Assembly: GCA_937873555.1 (NCBI GenBank)
Contig: CALMWN010000410.1
Location: 1-45,813, forward strand
From: an uncultured Clostridia bacterium
GTDB taxonomy: Bacteria > Bacillota > Clostridia > Acetivibrionales > CALMWN01
Direction: 5' to 3'
Length of the DNA: 45,813 bases
In this document: piece after piece, positions 37,610-45,796 of the stretch
Numbering within the stretch: the stretch's first letter is position 1
Layout: each line of letters begins with the position of its first letter
The notes under the pieces: model-generated
The model's database searches: none
What the model was told of the DNA's origin: nothing
What the model saw: the letters and a program-made list of their open reading frames with translations, nothing else
Translations under genes and position numbers: made by a program

Positions 37610-38023
37610 TTATATCAACTTATTATATATAAACGTAAATCTGAGCCACTCAAAAATTTGAATTAACTCTCGGACTTCATAATTAGGCAGTCGTTTTTTG
37701 TTAGGGTTATTAACTTCTTGATTATGTACATGAAAGGGTTCCGTGACTGTCTGATCTTTTTTATCCGGATGCGATTCGCTATGAAACCTTATATGATCCT
37801 CAGCTCCGTTACAGCGAAACAAATCATAGAAGTATATATCAATTTTGCCGTCTTTAATATATTCCGTAATGTAAAATTTGGAACCATCAATCAAAGTATA
37901 CGTTTTTCTTCTTATAGAATAACTAGAAGGTAATCCAGTCTTATCAAAGTCTTTTTCGTTCTGGATAATATCCTTAAATCTCGCACTAATAAGAGTGAAA
38001 TTCGAAGGCGGCAAATTAGTCAT
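37610..38023 (-). CDS. TumE/DUF6516-like putative toxin
   Basis: The pattern HIRFHSESHPDKKDQTVTEPFHVH...ELIQIFEWL resembles the TumE family as I recall it. The start overlaps the upstream gene by 8 nt. Confidence 0.35.
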   Translation of the reverse strand: MTNLPPSNFTLISARFKDIIQNEKDFDKTGLPSSYSIRRKTYTLIDGSKFYITEYIKDGKIDIYFYDLFRCNGAEDHIRFHSESHPDKKDQTVTEPFHVHNQEVNNPNKKRLPNYEVRELIQIFEWLRFTFIYNKLI

Positions 38024-38654
38024 TCTTCACTCTTTCCAATAGATACTTCCATTCTTCTTCATCACGTTTTTGCTCAGAATTTTTAATATATATTTTCATA
38101 AGAGTGTCTTCATATTTTCCATTGTACTTTTCCTCAAAAAACTTTATTGTTTGCTTAAATGCAGCTGCTTCTTCTTCCAAAGACTGATTTACATACTTCA
38201 ATTGTTCCGATTTCCAAGATTCAACAACAGCCCTTATTGGAATAAGTTCCGTAGTTGCGGATACCCAAAGCACATTATCTGAAATCTTTATTTTCTGATT
38301 TTTTGCTGTTCTTTCAGTTCCAATAAACCGCTTATTATCAATCCAATTATTAATTGTCATTATAGATACACCGAAAAACTTTGCAAGCTCTCCTGTAGTA
38401 TAAGTCTTCACAATAGCCCTGGTCTGTAAATCAAGCATCGCCTTAAGAATCGTATGCATATTAACCTTAAACATGTTTTTGTCAGTAAACATTCTTTCAT
38501 CCAAAGCTATCTTCGTCCCAGGGTAAGTTAAATGTACAAAATTAGACAGGATCTTTACAAATAACTTTCCGTCCGAATTCTTATAAAAAGTATCAGTATA
38601 ATAGTCAACATTCTCAAGAAAATGTTCTTTTTCAACAGATGTAATCATAAACAT
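38016..38654 (-). CDS. HTH DNA-binding protein (excisionase-type HTH), putative regulator or antitoxin
   Basis: YTTGELAKFFGVSIMTINNWIDNKRF. Strong GGAGGTGAGGAG upstream. Confidence 0.5.
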   Translation of the reverse strand: MFMITSVEKEHFLENVDYYTDTFYKNSDGKLFVKILSNFVHLTYPGTKIALDERMFTDKNMFKVNMHTILKAMLDLQTRAIVKTYTTGELAKFFGVSIMTINNWIDNKRFIGTERTAKNQKIKISDNVLWVSATTELIPIRAVVESWKSEQLKYVNQSLEEEAAAFKQTIKFFEEKYNGKYEDTLMKIYIKNSEQKRDEEEWKYLLERVKND

Positions 38655-38841
38655 CACTCCTCACCTCCAATTCTAACACAACTTAAACCCAACTTCAAGG
38701 CACTTAAAAGATACATAAATATAATATGCACATTTTATACGAATTGATATACAGATGCAAAATATTTCCAGGATCGCTTGATTTGTACATTTACACAAAG
38801 ATTCAACAATGCAATATCGATGTTTAGCGGGTTTTACAGCC

Positions 38842-39023
38842 AATGTTGATATGTTTGTGTCCCGGATTCCATGACAGAAAGTTATCAACATTATATTTTT
38901 AGGACACAAAGTTCGCAACATTGTAACCGATCGTTGATATCTTTGTGTCCTGGGCGCATAGTTGCACATTGAATTAATCAATGTTGATAGCATTGTGTCC
39001 TGAATGTTGATATGTTTGTGTCA
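38842..39023. repeat. array of five 21-bp iteron-like repeats AATGTTGATAnnnTTGTGTCC
   Basis: Direct copies at 38842, 38931, 38980 and 39003, and an inverted copy at 38901-38922. A half-site AATGTTGATAAC lies inverted at 38881-38892. Confidence 0.8.
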
Positions 39024-39096
39024 TCCGACATGATTCGTAGCCCGAGGGAAAATACTTATTATATAGATAATAATCGAATAGTTTTATTTTGTTGCA

Positions 39097-39136
39097 ACAA
39101 AAAAGCAGCCACGAAGACAGATCTTCGCAGCTGCTT
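39097..39136 (-). terminator. rho-independent terminator
   Basis: The GCAGCCACGAAG/CTTCGCAGCTGC hairpin is followed on the minus strand by TTTTTTGTTG. Downstream of 39233..39508. Confidence 0.6.
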
Positions 39137-39232
39137 TAGAAAGTATTTAATACTTAGATTTTTATTGAATATTTATAAAATATTTGGTAAAATTTAATTG
39201 AGGGCAAACGATGCCTTGGGTTTAGTTGATAA

Positions 39233-39508
39233 TTATTTAATGTATATGCGGCAAGAAGCGCGTCGGAGCTTTTTACCGCATTTTACTTTTACAGAAAACG
39301 ATTCATCTTTTTCTTTTGATGTCTTTATCATTATGTAGGAATCCGCGTTCTCTGCCTCTGGTACTTCCGTTTTTCGCTGAATTTTATGTAGTACAATATT
39401 GGATACAACTCCGGATATTATCTTCGCGATAACTTCTCTTGTTGTATACAATAAAAAGCTTACTACAGAAGGTAGTAAATAAATAAGCCATACAAGTTGC
39501 TCCTTCAT
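39233..39508 (-). CDS. small membrane-anchored protein, unknown function
   Basis: AAGGAGG lies 6 nt upstream. N-terminal TM segment LVWLIYLLPSVVSFLLY. Confidence 0.6.
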   Translation of the reverse strand: MKEQLVWLIYLLPSVVSFLLYTTREVIAKIISGVVSNIVLHKIQRKTEVPEAENADSYIMIKTSKEKDESFSVKVKCGKKLRRASCRIYIK

Positions 39509-39685
39509 ACAACGTCCTCCTTTGTTCTTTAATCTTAGATAAGAAACCCACCGGCATCGTCACGCCCTCATATTAAGTGGTCTTATAAGATATCAAAGGA
39601 GGAAGGAATTTGCTACATATAAGCTGCGTTCGGGCTAACCCCTAACCCTTTATTTTAATAAACCTTTACTTTCAAGAATAGCAAG

Positions 39686-39713
39686 AAAAAACCATGTTGC
39701 TAGAAACATGGTT
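39686..39713 (-). terminator. rho-independent terminator
   Basis: 9-bp stem AACCATGTT/AACATGGTT followed by a T-run on the minus strand. Confidence 0.6.
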
Positions 39714-39763
39714 ATGAAATAAACCGGATACTGTTGTGGAGATAGAAACATATTATCAACTCC

Positions 39764-40312
39764 TTAAACCAATAGAGGTTCTTTTATAGGGTTTAATGAA
39801 CAAATAAAATTATCTTTCTGCTTCCCATAATAAAAGCTTTCTAAGCGTAAGCTCCTGAATTTAGAGAAATACATAACCTGATCACTTTCTGGAAATGTTT
39901 TTATACAAGTCTCAAATTCATCAAGTTGTGTAGAATCCAACAGGATCTCTTCCCCTTCTTTCAGTACATCCCAAATTTTCTTCGGAGATGTGACACCGGT
40001 TATCAAAAGGCGAAATTCCATAATCAATCTATTGTCTGCATTCCCGACAGGCTTTGCGTACCATTTGATACTATTATTATCAAATATGTAGTGACTGGCC
40101 CTGTCAAAAGACAACCAGTTTCCCTTGCCTCCATTTGCCTTGGAAAACTCATTATCTTTGTCTTCAAAAATTGCAGTATAGACTCCAACTTTCTTGGTAA
40201 TGGTAACCTCCCGTATTTGACCAACACATTGAGGTTTTTGATGGTCTATGACTTTAAAAGTCACACCTTTTCTTAGAGCCTTTTTCATCTGCTCCAGATT
40301 ATTAATTTTCAT
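39764..40312 (-). CDS. hypothetical protein
   Basis: 182 aa. GGAGG lies 9 nt upstream. No recognisable motif. Confidence 0.6.
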   Translation of the reverse strand: MKINNLEQMKKALRKGVTFKVIDHQKPQCVGQIREVTITKKVGVYTAIFEDKDNEFSKANGGKGNWLSFDRASHYIFDNNSIKWYAKPVGNADNRLIMEFRLLITGVTSPKKIWDVLKEGEEILLDSTQLDEFETCIKTFPESDQVMYFSKFRSLRLESFYYGKQKDNFICSLNPIKEPLLV

Positions 40313-40352
40313 TCAACTCATCCTCCTTATAATTTAATTTCACAGAATACTG

Positions 40353-40859
40353 CTAAAAACACTCTTCCTTCTGCCTTGCTCCTATTTCTGCGTACCAGGG
40401 CTGAATCCAATCAAACCATTCCTCGTCGCTTTTCTCAAGCGATAATTGGCCCAGATCCGCAGATTCATACCTGTATAGCTTCAATTCCCCACTTAATTTC
40501 GCCCTCAGCAAGTAAAACCATTTAAGCTCATACATAATGGACAATTTGTCAGCATAACATAGTTTGCTTGGCTTTACCAGATGACGTTTGGCATAATTTC
40601 TACTATGGTACAAGCAAAGGTAGAAATATTCACAGCCAAACCACTTATTAGCCATCAGCGCAGCTTTTTCAGGATGATTACTTCCAACCTTCCCATCCAT
40701 ATCCGGCGAACCCCAATAGCCCCAGTCATGAATGATTATACATATCAGTTCTTTAAAACTCGGTCTTCCATAAAGCCATTTCCATGCCATATAAACCGTT
40801 ATTGGGTGCCAAATAAACTGATGTACACCAATCAGTAAGCTCCTGGTTCCTACTTTCAC
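40353..40859 (-). CDS. hypothetical protein, possibly an HD-type metal-dependent hydrolase
   Basis: GTG start behind GAGGAGGGG. The H...IIHDWGYWG...NHPE...YHSR spacing is reminiscent of HD-domain ligands (weak). Confidence 0.5.
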   Translation of the reverse strand: MKVGTRSLLIGVHQFIWHPITVYMAWKWLYGRPSFKELICIIIHDWGYWGSPDMDGKVGSNHPEKAALMANKWFGCEYFYLCLYHSRNYAKRHLVKPSKLCYADKLSIMYELKWFYLLRAKLSGELKLYRYESADLGQLSLEKSDEEWFDWIQPWYAEIGARQKEECF

Positions 40860-40917
40860 TTATACCCCTCCTCTCTACAAAATGTTTTGAATCGTTATTC
40901 TATTGAATTATTGCAAC

Positions 40918-40946
40918 AAAAAAACCGCTAACGAATGTTAACGGTT
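40918..40946 (-). terminator. rho-independent terminator inside a 5' leader
   Basis: AACCGTTAAC-attc-GTTAGCGGTT followed by T7 on the minus strand. It lies between the promoter at 41039-41067 and the gene start at 40859. Confidence 0.65.
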
Positions 40947-41031
40947 ATATCCTATTTAATCTATCTGCCCATGAATCCCAGGGACTTTAAATATAAAGGT
41001 ATTGAAATACCATTTAGTAAAAAACAATTAA
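40947..41031 (-). promoter_or_regulatory. conserved leader RNA element, copy A
   Basis: The core 40966-41025 is shared with 45719-45776. On the minus strand it reads TTTTTTACYAAATG, a variable segment, then TATATTAAAGTCCCTGGNATTCATGGGCA. Confidence 0.55.
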
Positions 41032-41038
41032 TATAGTG

Positions 41039-41067
41039 ATTATACTATAACTAGAAAATTTTTTCAA
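41039..41067 (-). promoter_or_regulatory. sigma-A promoter driving leader copy A
   Basis: On the minus strand: TTGAAA (41062-41067), 17-nt spacer, TATAAT (41039-41044). Confidence 0.6.
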
Positions 41068-41404
41068 CAAAAAAGGTAGGGAGTAGAAGTCATAATCGAC
41101 CTCTCCCCCTACCTGCAAGCAAACACATATATTATTTGAAATTAACTTTGGATTAAACTTATACCTGCTTCAAATAGATATCTCTATAATTAATTATACT
41201 ACCGCTCATGAATTATCAATTCTGCCACCATACTCCGGCATATCTTCATATAGCTCACAACGGGCATCTACACCTTGCCAATACCAATCTGGCAATTTCT
41301 CAGCGTCCATATATAATCCTCCTTCATGTTGTGTATTTAGCATTATTTGTGGACATTACTTTAATATATACAAATAATGTTAAAAGAATTACAAGCCTAT
41401 ATCT

Positions 41405-41836
41405 TCATACCTCAACTCCGAAGTTCTCCTTCAGGTATTTCTTGCACTCCTCGACATCAACCTCTACCTTAACCTCTGCATCTGAATCTTCACTCTCATC
41501 ATCTTCGGCCCAAAATCTCCAGTCTATCTTAAGTTCCGGTACTGAAGATTCTTCAAGCTGAATAGGTATCAATACAGGTAATAACACCTCTTGCAGATAC
41601 TCCTGATCTGTACACTTGAATACGAATCCATACGAAGTATTCAAAAAGAATTGGTCGAGTTCTGTAGTAATAGTTATTTCAGGCACATATTGGGTAGCCT
41701 GTATTATCCCTGCAATTTGTTCCGGATTTTTCTCAATCACCAATGCCGGTGCACGATTACCATTACTATCATAGATATAAACTAATAATTTTTCATCCCT
41801 CACTAAACTCATCCTCCTTATAATTTGATTAATCAT
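41405..41836 (-). CDS. hypothetical protein with acidic C-terminal region
   Basis: The ATG overlaps the stop of the radical-SAM gene (ATGA). Contains WAEDDESEDSDAEVKVEVDVEE. Confidence 0.6.
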   Translation of the reverse strand: MINQIIRRMSLVRDEKLLVYIYDSNGNRAPALVIEKNPEQIAGIIQATQYVPEITITTELDQFFLNTSYGFVFKCTDQEYLQEVLLPVLIPIQLEESSVPELKIDWRFWAEDDESEDSDAEVKVEVDVEECKKYLKENFGVEV

Positions 41837-42489
41837 AGGCCTCTAGCGCAGTATTCGCATTCCGGATTTCGTCTGAGCTCTTCCATGATTGCAAACACTG
41901 ATTCCTTTGACTGCGGTTCGGCTTCCTCCCTGTGCAGCTGGATAACAAACTTTCTGCAACCGGCTACCGACTTACTGATCTCATGTATGTCTTCCCCTGT
42001 CAGTCCTGGAACAAGAGTAGTACGGAATTCATGGTCTACACCACTTTCAGATATGAGCTTGATTGATTTTTCTATCTTTCTGGTATCCACACTGCAGCCG
42101 ACAATCTCCTCATACCTGTGAATGGGCGCCTTGATGTCCATAGCCACGTAGTCCAGAACCGGGAGGACTTCTTCAAGAACTTCCGGATTGGTACCATTTG
42201 TGTCCAGTTTTACCATAAAGCCCAGCATTTTAAGCCTTATTACAAAAGTGTAAAGGTCTTTATAAATAGTTGGTTCACCGCCGCTAATACATATAGCATC
42301 AAGCTTTCCAATCCTAGACTTAAGGAAGCTGAAAACCTCGTCCTGAGATATAAGTTGAGTGCCTAAGGTTTCCTTACTGAAGCAATAAGCGCAATTTAAG
42401 TTGCACCCCTTCGTATATACAACTCCACATATCTTGCCAGGATAGTCCTCATTGCTCGTTTTAGTAATAGCTGAATAATACATTATCAA
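41833..42489 (-). CDS. NrdG-type (class III RNR activase-like) radical SAM protein
   Basis: DYPGKICGVVYTKGCNLNCAYCFS, ISGGEPTIY, KLDTNGTNPEVLEEV, DYVAMDIKAP, EFRTTLVPGL. This is the pattern of the about 230-aa NrdG2-type activases. Confidence 0.75.
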   Translation of the reverse strand: MIMYYSAITKTSNEDYPGKICGVVYTKGCNLNCAYCFSKETLGTQLISQDEVFSFLKSRIGKLDAICISGGEPTIYKDLYTFVIRLKMLGFMVKLDTNGTNPEVLEEVLPVLDYVAMDIKAPIHRYEEIVGCSVDTRKIEKSIKLISESGVDHEFRTTLVPGLTGEDIHEISKSVAGCRKFVIQLHREEAEPQSKESVFAIMEELRRNPECEYCARGL

Positions 42490-42582
42490 TATCCCCTTTT
42501 CGTCTATTTACTTAGTTGTTTATAATTTTACGAAAGGCATGTTTTTGGCTTCATACCGTGCATATGGTCATACTTGCTGCAA

Positions 42583-42969
42583 TTACTTTTTGCACTCGCA
42601 TTTTATGTCTTTATTGATTGGCTCCCCAAGCAGAGACTTTAAAAGTTTACCTGCTACAAGATCCTCCCAATAAAGCCCATCAAGCCTTATTTCCCTTAAT
42701 GTTTCGCATTGCTTATATTCAGCAATCACTACATTGTACAGGTCCAATCTCTCATCAAGTTCTACTGTAAACATATAGCCATGTACTACAGGAAGTTCGG
42801 TACCCGTGACAGGATCCATCTCCATCCTGATAGTGGTATACTTGACGATTAAGTTGCCTTTATGCTGCTGGTATGAAACCTTATAACCTTTAATACCAGC
42901 TCCATCACCCGAATAACCGTTTAAATACCTCCATGTTTTTGCTGCTTCTTGTATTTGATACGCATCCAT
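42583..42969 (-). CDS. hypothetical protein
   Basis: GGGAGG SD upstream. 128 aa, no motif recognised. Confidence 0.6.
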   Translation of the reverse strand: MDAYQIQEAAKTWRYLNGYSGDGAGIKGYKVSYQQHKGNLIVKYTTIRMEMDPVTGTELPVVHGYMFTVELDERLDLYNVVIAEYKQCETLREIRLDGLYWEDLVAGKLLKSLLGEPINKDIKCECKK

Positions 42970-43002
42970 AAATAAACATCCTCCCTTTAACCAAATTAGG
43001 CT

Positions 43003-43440
43003 TTAGTCCATGATGATATTCCCTTTTCTGTCCAGAATCCTGATATCATCAATACTGCCGCATTTCATAATAAGCTTCCTCATCTCCATTTCACTAACAC
43101 TATGGTAATACAAAAATATGGAATATATCTTGTCACTGTCCCCGAAGCTGACTCTGATATCCCAGGTAGAATCATAAAAAGGAGTGTAGGCAACACATTT
43201 CAATTCATGGATAGTTGCCTCTTTTTCAGTACCCGCTTTCATCTTCATACCATATAGGAGTGACAAATCACCCTTCAGGGATTCATTCAAGTATCCATAA
43301 TTTGCGGAATAGTACTCAACCAGCTCATTAAGTAAACTGATTACAGTAAAATCCTTTCTCTCAATAGCCATATTTATCGCCTTTGAGATGTTTTCATAAG
43401 TCACATTCCTTATAAAATTCATAGCCTCGCTGCTCAACAT
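43003..43440 (-). CDS. hypothetical protein
   Basis: ATG at 43440 lies 7 nt after GGGGG. 145 aa. Confidence 0.6.
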   Translation of the reverse strand: MLSSEAMNFIRNVTYENISKAINMAIERKDFTVISLLNELVEYYSANYGYLNESLKGDLSLLYGMKMKAGTEKEATIHELKCVAYTPFYDSTWDIRVSFGDSDKIYSIFLYYHSVSEMEMRKLIMKCGSIDDIRILDRKGNIIMD

Positions 43441-43477
43441 CAAAATACCCCCATTTGCACTGATAATTGGTATAAAT

Positions 43478-43515
43478 ACACAGGGGGATAAATAACTTTA
43501 TTTATCCCCCTGTGT
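43478..43515. repeat. perfect 18-bp inverted repeat (38-bp palindrome)
   Basis: ACACAGGGGGATAAATAA-ct-TTATTTATCCCCCTGTGT, intergenic between two co-directional minus-strand genes. Confidence 0.85.
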
Positions 43516-43524
43516 GTGTCTTTT

Positions 43525-44451
43525 TCAGCAATTAGCAAACTGCTCCTTAACTGCTGAAACCTTTGTATTGACTAATTCATAGTTTTCAATGCAGGCATCG
43601 CAATATCCAAGATTCCTTTGGCTCTCATCATTGGACATTTCACCACCGCAGTCTTTGCAGGCGCTGAATTTGGCTGCATCAAGAAACCCCTTAGTGCTTT
43701 TGTAATAGAAATTATGTATCGTCGGATACCCCCGGCTTAAAATTGCTTTTTCGCAAAGCTGGAAGGTATCGTCATAAATTTTTCCGAGTAGGCTGACAAA
43801 ATCCGACTCGATAAAATCCATTGCCAAGATTTCTAACGTCTCGCACAAATCAAGGTCCTTATAATGCTCGCCCACTATCAAGCTTTTCTCTATAAAAGGC
43901 TTGTCCCCATAAGAATTCAGGACTTCACTGTACTGAGGATACAAGTTTCGCAGCAACATAGCCGTGGTATGATCCACCCCAAATCTGGCATAATGGCAGC
44001 AGTTACATTTAAAAAGTGTGCACCGTCGGTCATTAACCCATTGCTCTCCAATTGCTTTGGCATGGATTATGGTCTTATTCTTTTCCTGGCACTCAACCTT
44101 GTAGTTGTATATGCCGTTATGGTACAAAAAAACCGGTTCATGTTGTATGCCCGGATAAGTAGGAAGCGTATGCTTGCTATATTCAGTTGTACCAAAACCC
44201 GTTCTCGACTCTATGGGGATGGGAACATTGAAAATAATGTCAGTAATACCCGCGTATTTCTTATCAAACGAATAGATAGTATCAGGATTATTGAGCATCC
44301 TTTCAAGACTGTCATCATATTCCCCGTCATAATACCCTTTATAACCGAGCTCCTTAATTTTCAAGAGATCTTCCCGGCTAAAAAAGCATTCATCAATGAC
44401 ACCAATTTTAATTTCTTCCCCACTTGTCGGGTGTCTTACGATTTCACCCAT
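43525..44451 (-). CDS. Cys-rich hypothetical protein
   Basis: GGGAGG SD upstream. 308 aa with the clusters CNCCHY and CKDCGG...CDAC. Confidence 0.65.
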   Translation of the reverse strand: MGEIVRHPTSGEEIKIGVIDECFFSREDLLKIKELGYKGYYDGEYDDSLERMLNNPDTIYSFDKKYAGITDIIFNVPIPIESRTGFGTTEYSKHTLPTYPGIQHEPVFLYHNGIYNYKVECQEKNKTIIHAKAIGEQWVNDRRCTLFKCNCCHYARFGVDHTTAMLLRNLYPQYSEVLNSYGDKPFIEKSLIVGEHYKDLDLCETLEILAMDFIESDFVSLLGKIYDDTFQLCEKAILSRGYPTIHNFYYKSTKGFLDAAKFSACKDCGGEMSNDESQRNLGYCDACIENYELVNTKVSAVKEQFANC

Positions 44452-44499
44452 AATTAAATCAACCTCCCTTTGATTACAAAATTAAACCATTAATAACTT

Positions 44500-44889
44500 T
44501 CAGATTGCGCTTGAAAATTTTAGTCTTGAAGCAAATCTTGAAGCAATCTTTTTGATAATCCAAAAGTCCACGGGCATGATTTTCAGCCCTGGGACAGTAT
44601 AGACATTAAAATTGTTGAAGTCCATATTACAGTACTCGGCAATTTTCTCATGCAAAACGTCTTCCTCACCCACTCTGCAGGAAATGATACCGACTTTGTA
44701 ATAATTACTTCCGAACAATTTCCAGACTTCGTATTCCATGACATTTACAGGGCTTAAGTTGCATGTGAAAAGAAGATTCCCTGATTCATAATATTCATGG
44801 CAAGGCCTGGCGCTGTCAAGAAGCGCAGCAACAGTTTTTTTCACTGCCTCAGAAGGTATTAAAGCTGGTTTCTCCGCTAATGCGTACAT
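44500..44889 (-). CDS. hypothetical protein, paralog of 44903..45292
   Basis: Shares C.EYYE.G.LL....S......EYEVWK.F...YY with the neighbouring gene. Confidence 0.6.
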   Translation of the reverse strand: MYALAEKPALIPSEAVKKTVAALLDSARPCHEYYESGNLLFTCNLSPVNVMEYEVWKLFGSNYYKVGIISCRVGEEDVLHEKIAEYCNMDFNNFNVYTVPGLKIMPVDFWIIKKIASRFASRLKFSSAI

Positions 44890-44902
44890 TCATCACCACT
44901 CC

Positions 44903-45292
44903 TTAGTATTCATCTAAAATTTTTTTGATTATTATTTTCTTTTCCTCCCACTGCTTCATAGGCATTTCTTTTAATATGCCTATGCCTTCGCAGTATTTTC
45001 CAAGCTTATTAAAATCAAATTTATCCTCGTTGTATACCAGTAGTAAATATTCCAGTCTATCCAAGTCCATCCAAGATACTGTAAGTCTCTCAAACCTGTA
45101 AAAAGTATTACTGAATTTCTTCCATACTTCATACTCTTGAGCTCCATTCTCGGACGTAGAGATATTAATCAGTAGAAGCTCTCCCACTTCAAAATATTCT
45201 CCTGGACAAAAGGTCCTTTTTGTTAGCATCTGCGAAAGATCCTTCAGCTTCTCCTCTGTTGTGTCCCCTTTTGGTTCCGTCTTAACGTGCAT
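44903..45292 (-). CDS. hypothetical protein, paralog of 44500..44889
   Basis: AAGGAGGG lies 9 nt upstream of the ATG at 45292. Confidence 0.6.
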   Translation of the reverse strand: MHVKTEPKGDTTEEKLKDLSQMLTKRTFCPGEYFEVGELLLINISTSENGAQEYEVWKKFSNTFYRFERLTVSWMDLDRLEYLLLVYNEDKFDFNKLGKYCEGIGILKEMPMKQWEEKKIIIKKILDEY

Positions 45293-45382
45293 AATCAAAT
45301 CACCCTCCTTTGAAAAAAATTGAAAATATGATATAATAAAAAACAGGAAAGATGCTTTTCAGCACCAATCCTGTTTTTCTGG

Positions 45383-45523
45383 TTAGGGGCGGCTATTTCG
45401 GGATAGCCGTCTTTTGTTTTTCCGACATCTGCGTACTCTTTGTGAGAAGAAGCTGTACAAAGCAACAAGCCCTGCAGCTATCCCAACAATTTTCGCTAAT
45501 GCGGACAACACCAAAGACAACAT
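45383..45523 (-). CDS. 46-aa single-TM peptide with strongly basic tail
   Basis: AAGGAGGTG lies 5 nt upstream of the internal ATG of the 78-aa ORF. MLSLVLSALAKIVGIAAGLVALYSFF then SQRVRRCRKNKRRLSRNSRP. Confidence 0.6.
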   Translation of the reverse strand: MLSLVLSALAKIVGIAAGLVALYSFFSQRVRRCRKNKRRLSRNSRP

Positions 45524-45621
45524 ACCGTTCACCTCCTTTCGGTGACTCAGGCAGCCATATATTGCTATATAACTGCCCTTATCATCGAAATAAAGATAAT
45601 AACCGGCACCACAAACCAAAT

Positions 45622-45660
45622 ATAAAAAGCCGCAGGCTCAAAGAACTTGCGGCTTTTTTG
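45622..45660. terminator. bidirectional-looking rho-independent terminator
   Basis: 8-bp stem AAGCCGCA/TGCGGCTT flanked by A5 and T6. Confidence 0.55.
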
Positions 45661-45661
45661 C

Positions 45662-45695
45662 AAATAAAAAACCCATCAAACAGATGTCTGACGGG
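45662..45695 (-). terminator. rho-independent terminator after leader copy B
   Basis: On the minus strand: CCCGTCA...TGATGGG (7 bp, one G-U pair) followed by TTTTTTATTT. Confidence 0.55.
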
Positions 45696-45796
45696 ATCAA
45701 TCTCCATAAAACCAAATATGCCCATGAATACCAGGGACTTTAATATACTTGCGTTAACACACATTTGGTAAAAAACTTAAACATAGACACATTATA
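45696..45796 (-). promoter_or_regulatory. conserved leader RNA element, copy B, with its -10 box
   Basis: Core 45719-45776 is homologous to copy A. TATAAT lies at 45791-45796 on the minus strand. The -35 would fall beyond the window end. Confidence 0.5.

Noticed and set aside
38673-38993. 106-aa minus-strand ORF
   Set aside because: It is Cys/Ile-rich and of low plausibility, with no SD. It lies entirely over the iteron array and the promoter region of the HTH gene.
43003-43440. IRVSFGD in the 145-aa protein as a glycyl-radical motif that would make it the substrate of the adjacent activase
   Set aside because: The canonical signature needs R-V-[CSA]-G-[YF]. Here Gly is displaced by one residue and the preceding position does not fit either. 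It remains only a weak hint worth a structural check.
43864-44457. 197-aa plus-strand ORF
   Set aside because: It is antisense to the SD-led 308-aa minus-strand gene within a uniformly minus-strand operon, and it has no SD. The same reasoning rejects 41208..41561, 41825..42121, 42118..42366, 39926..40276, 40581..40838 and 45352..45771. The last of these also runs through two terminators.
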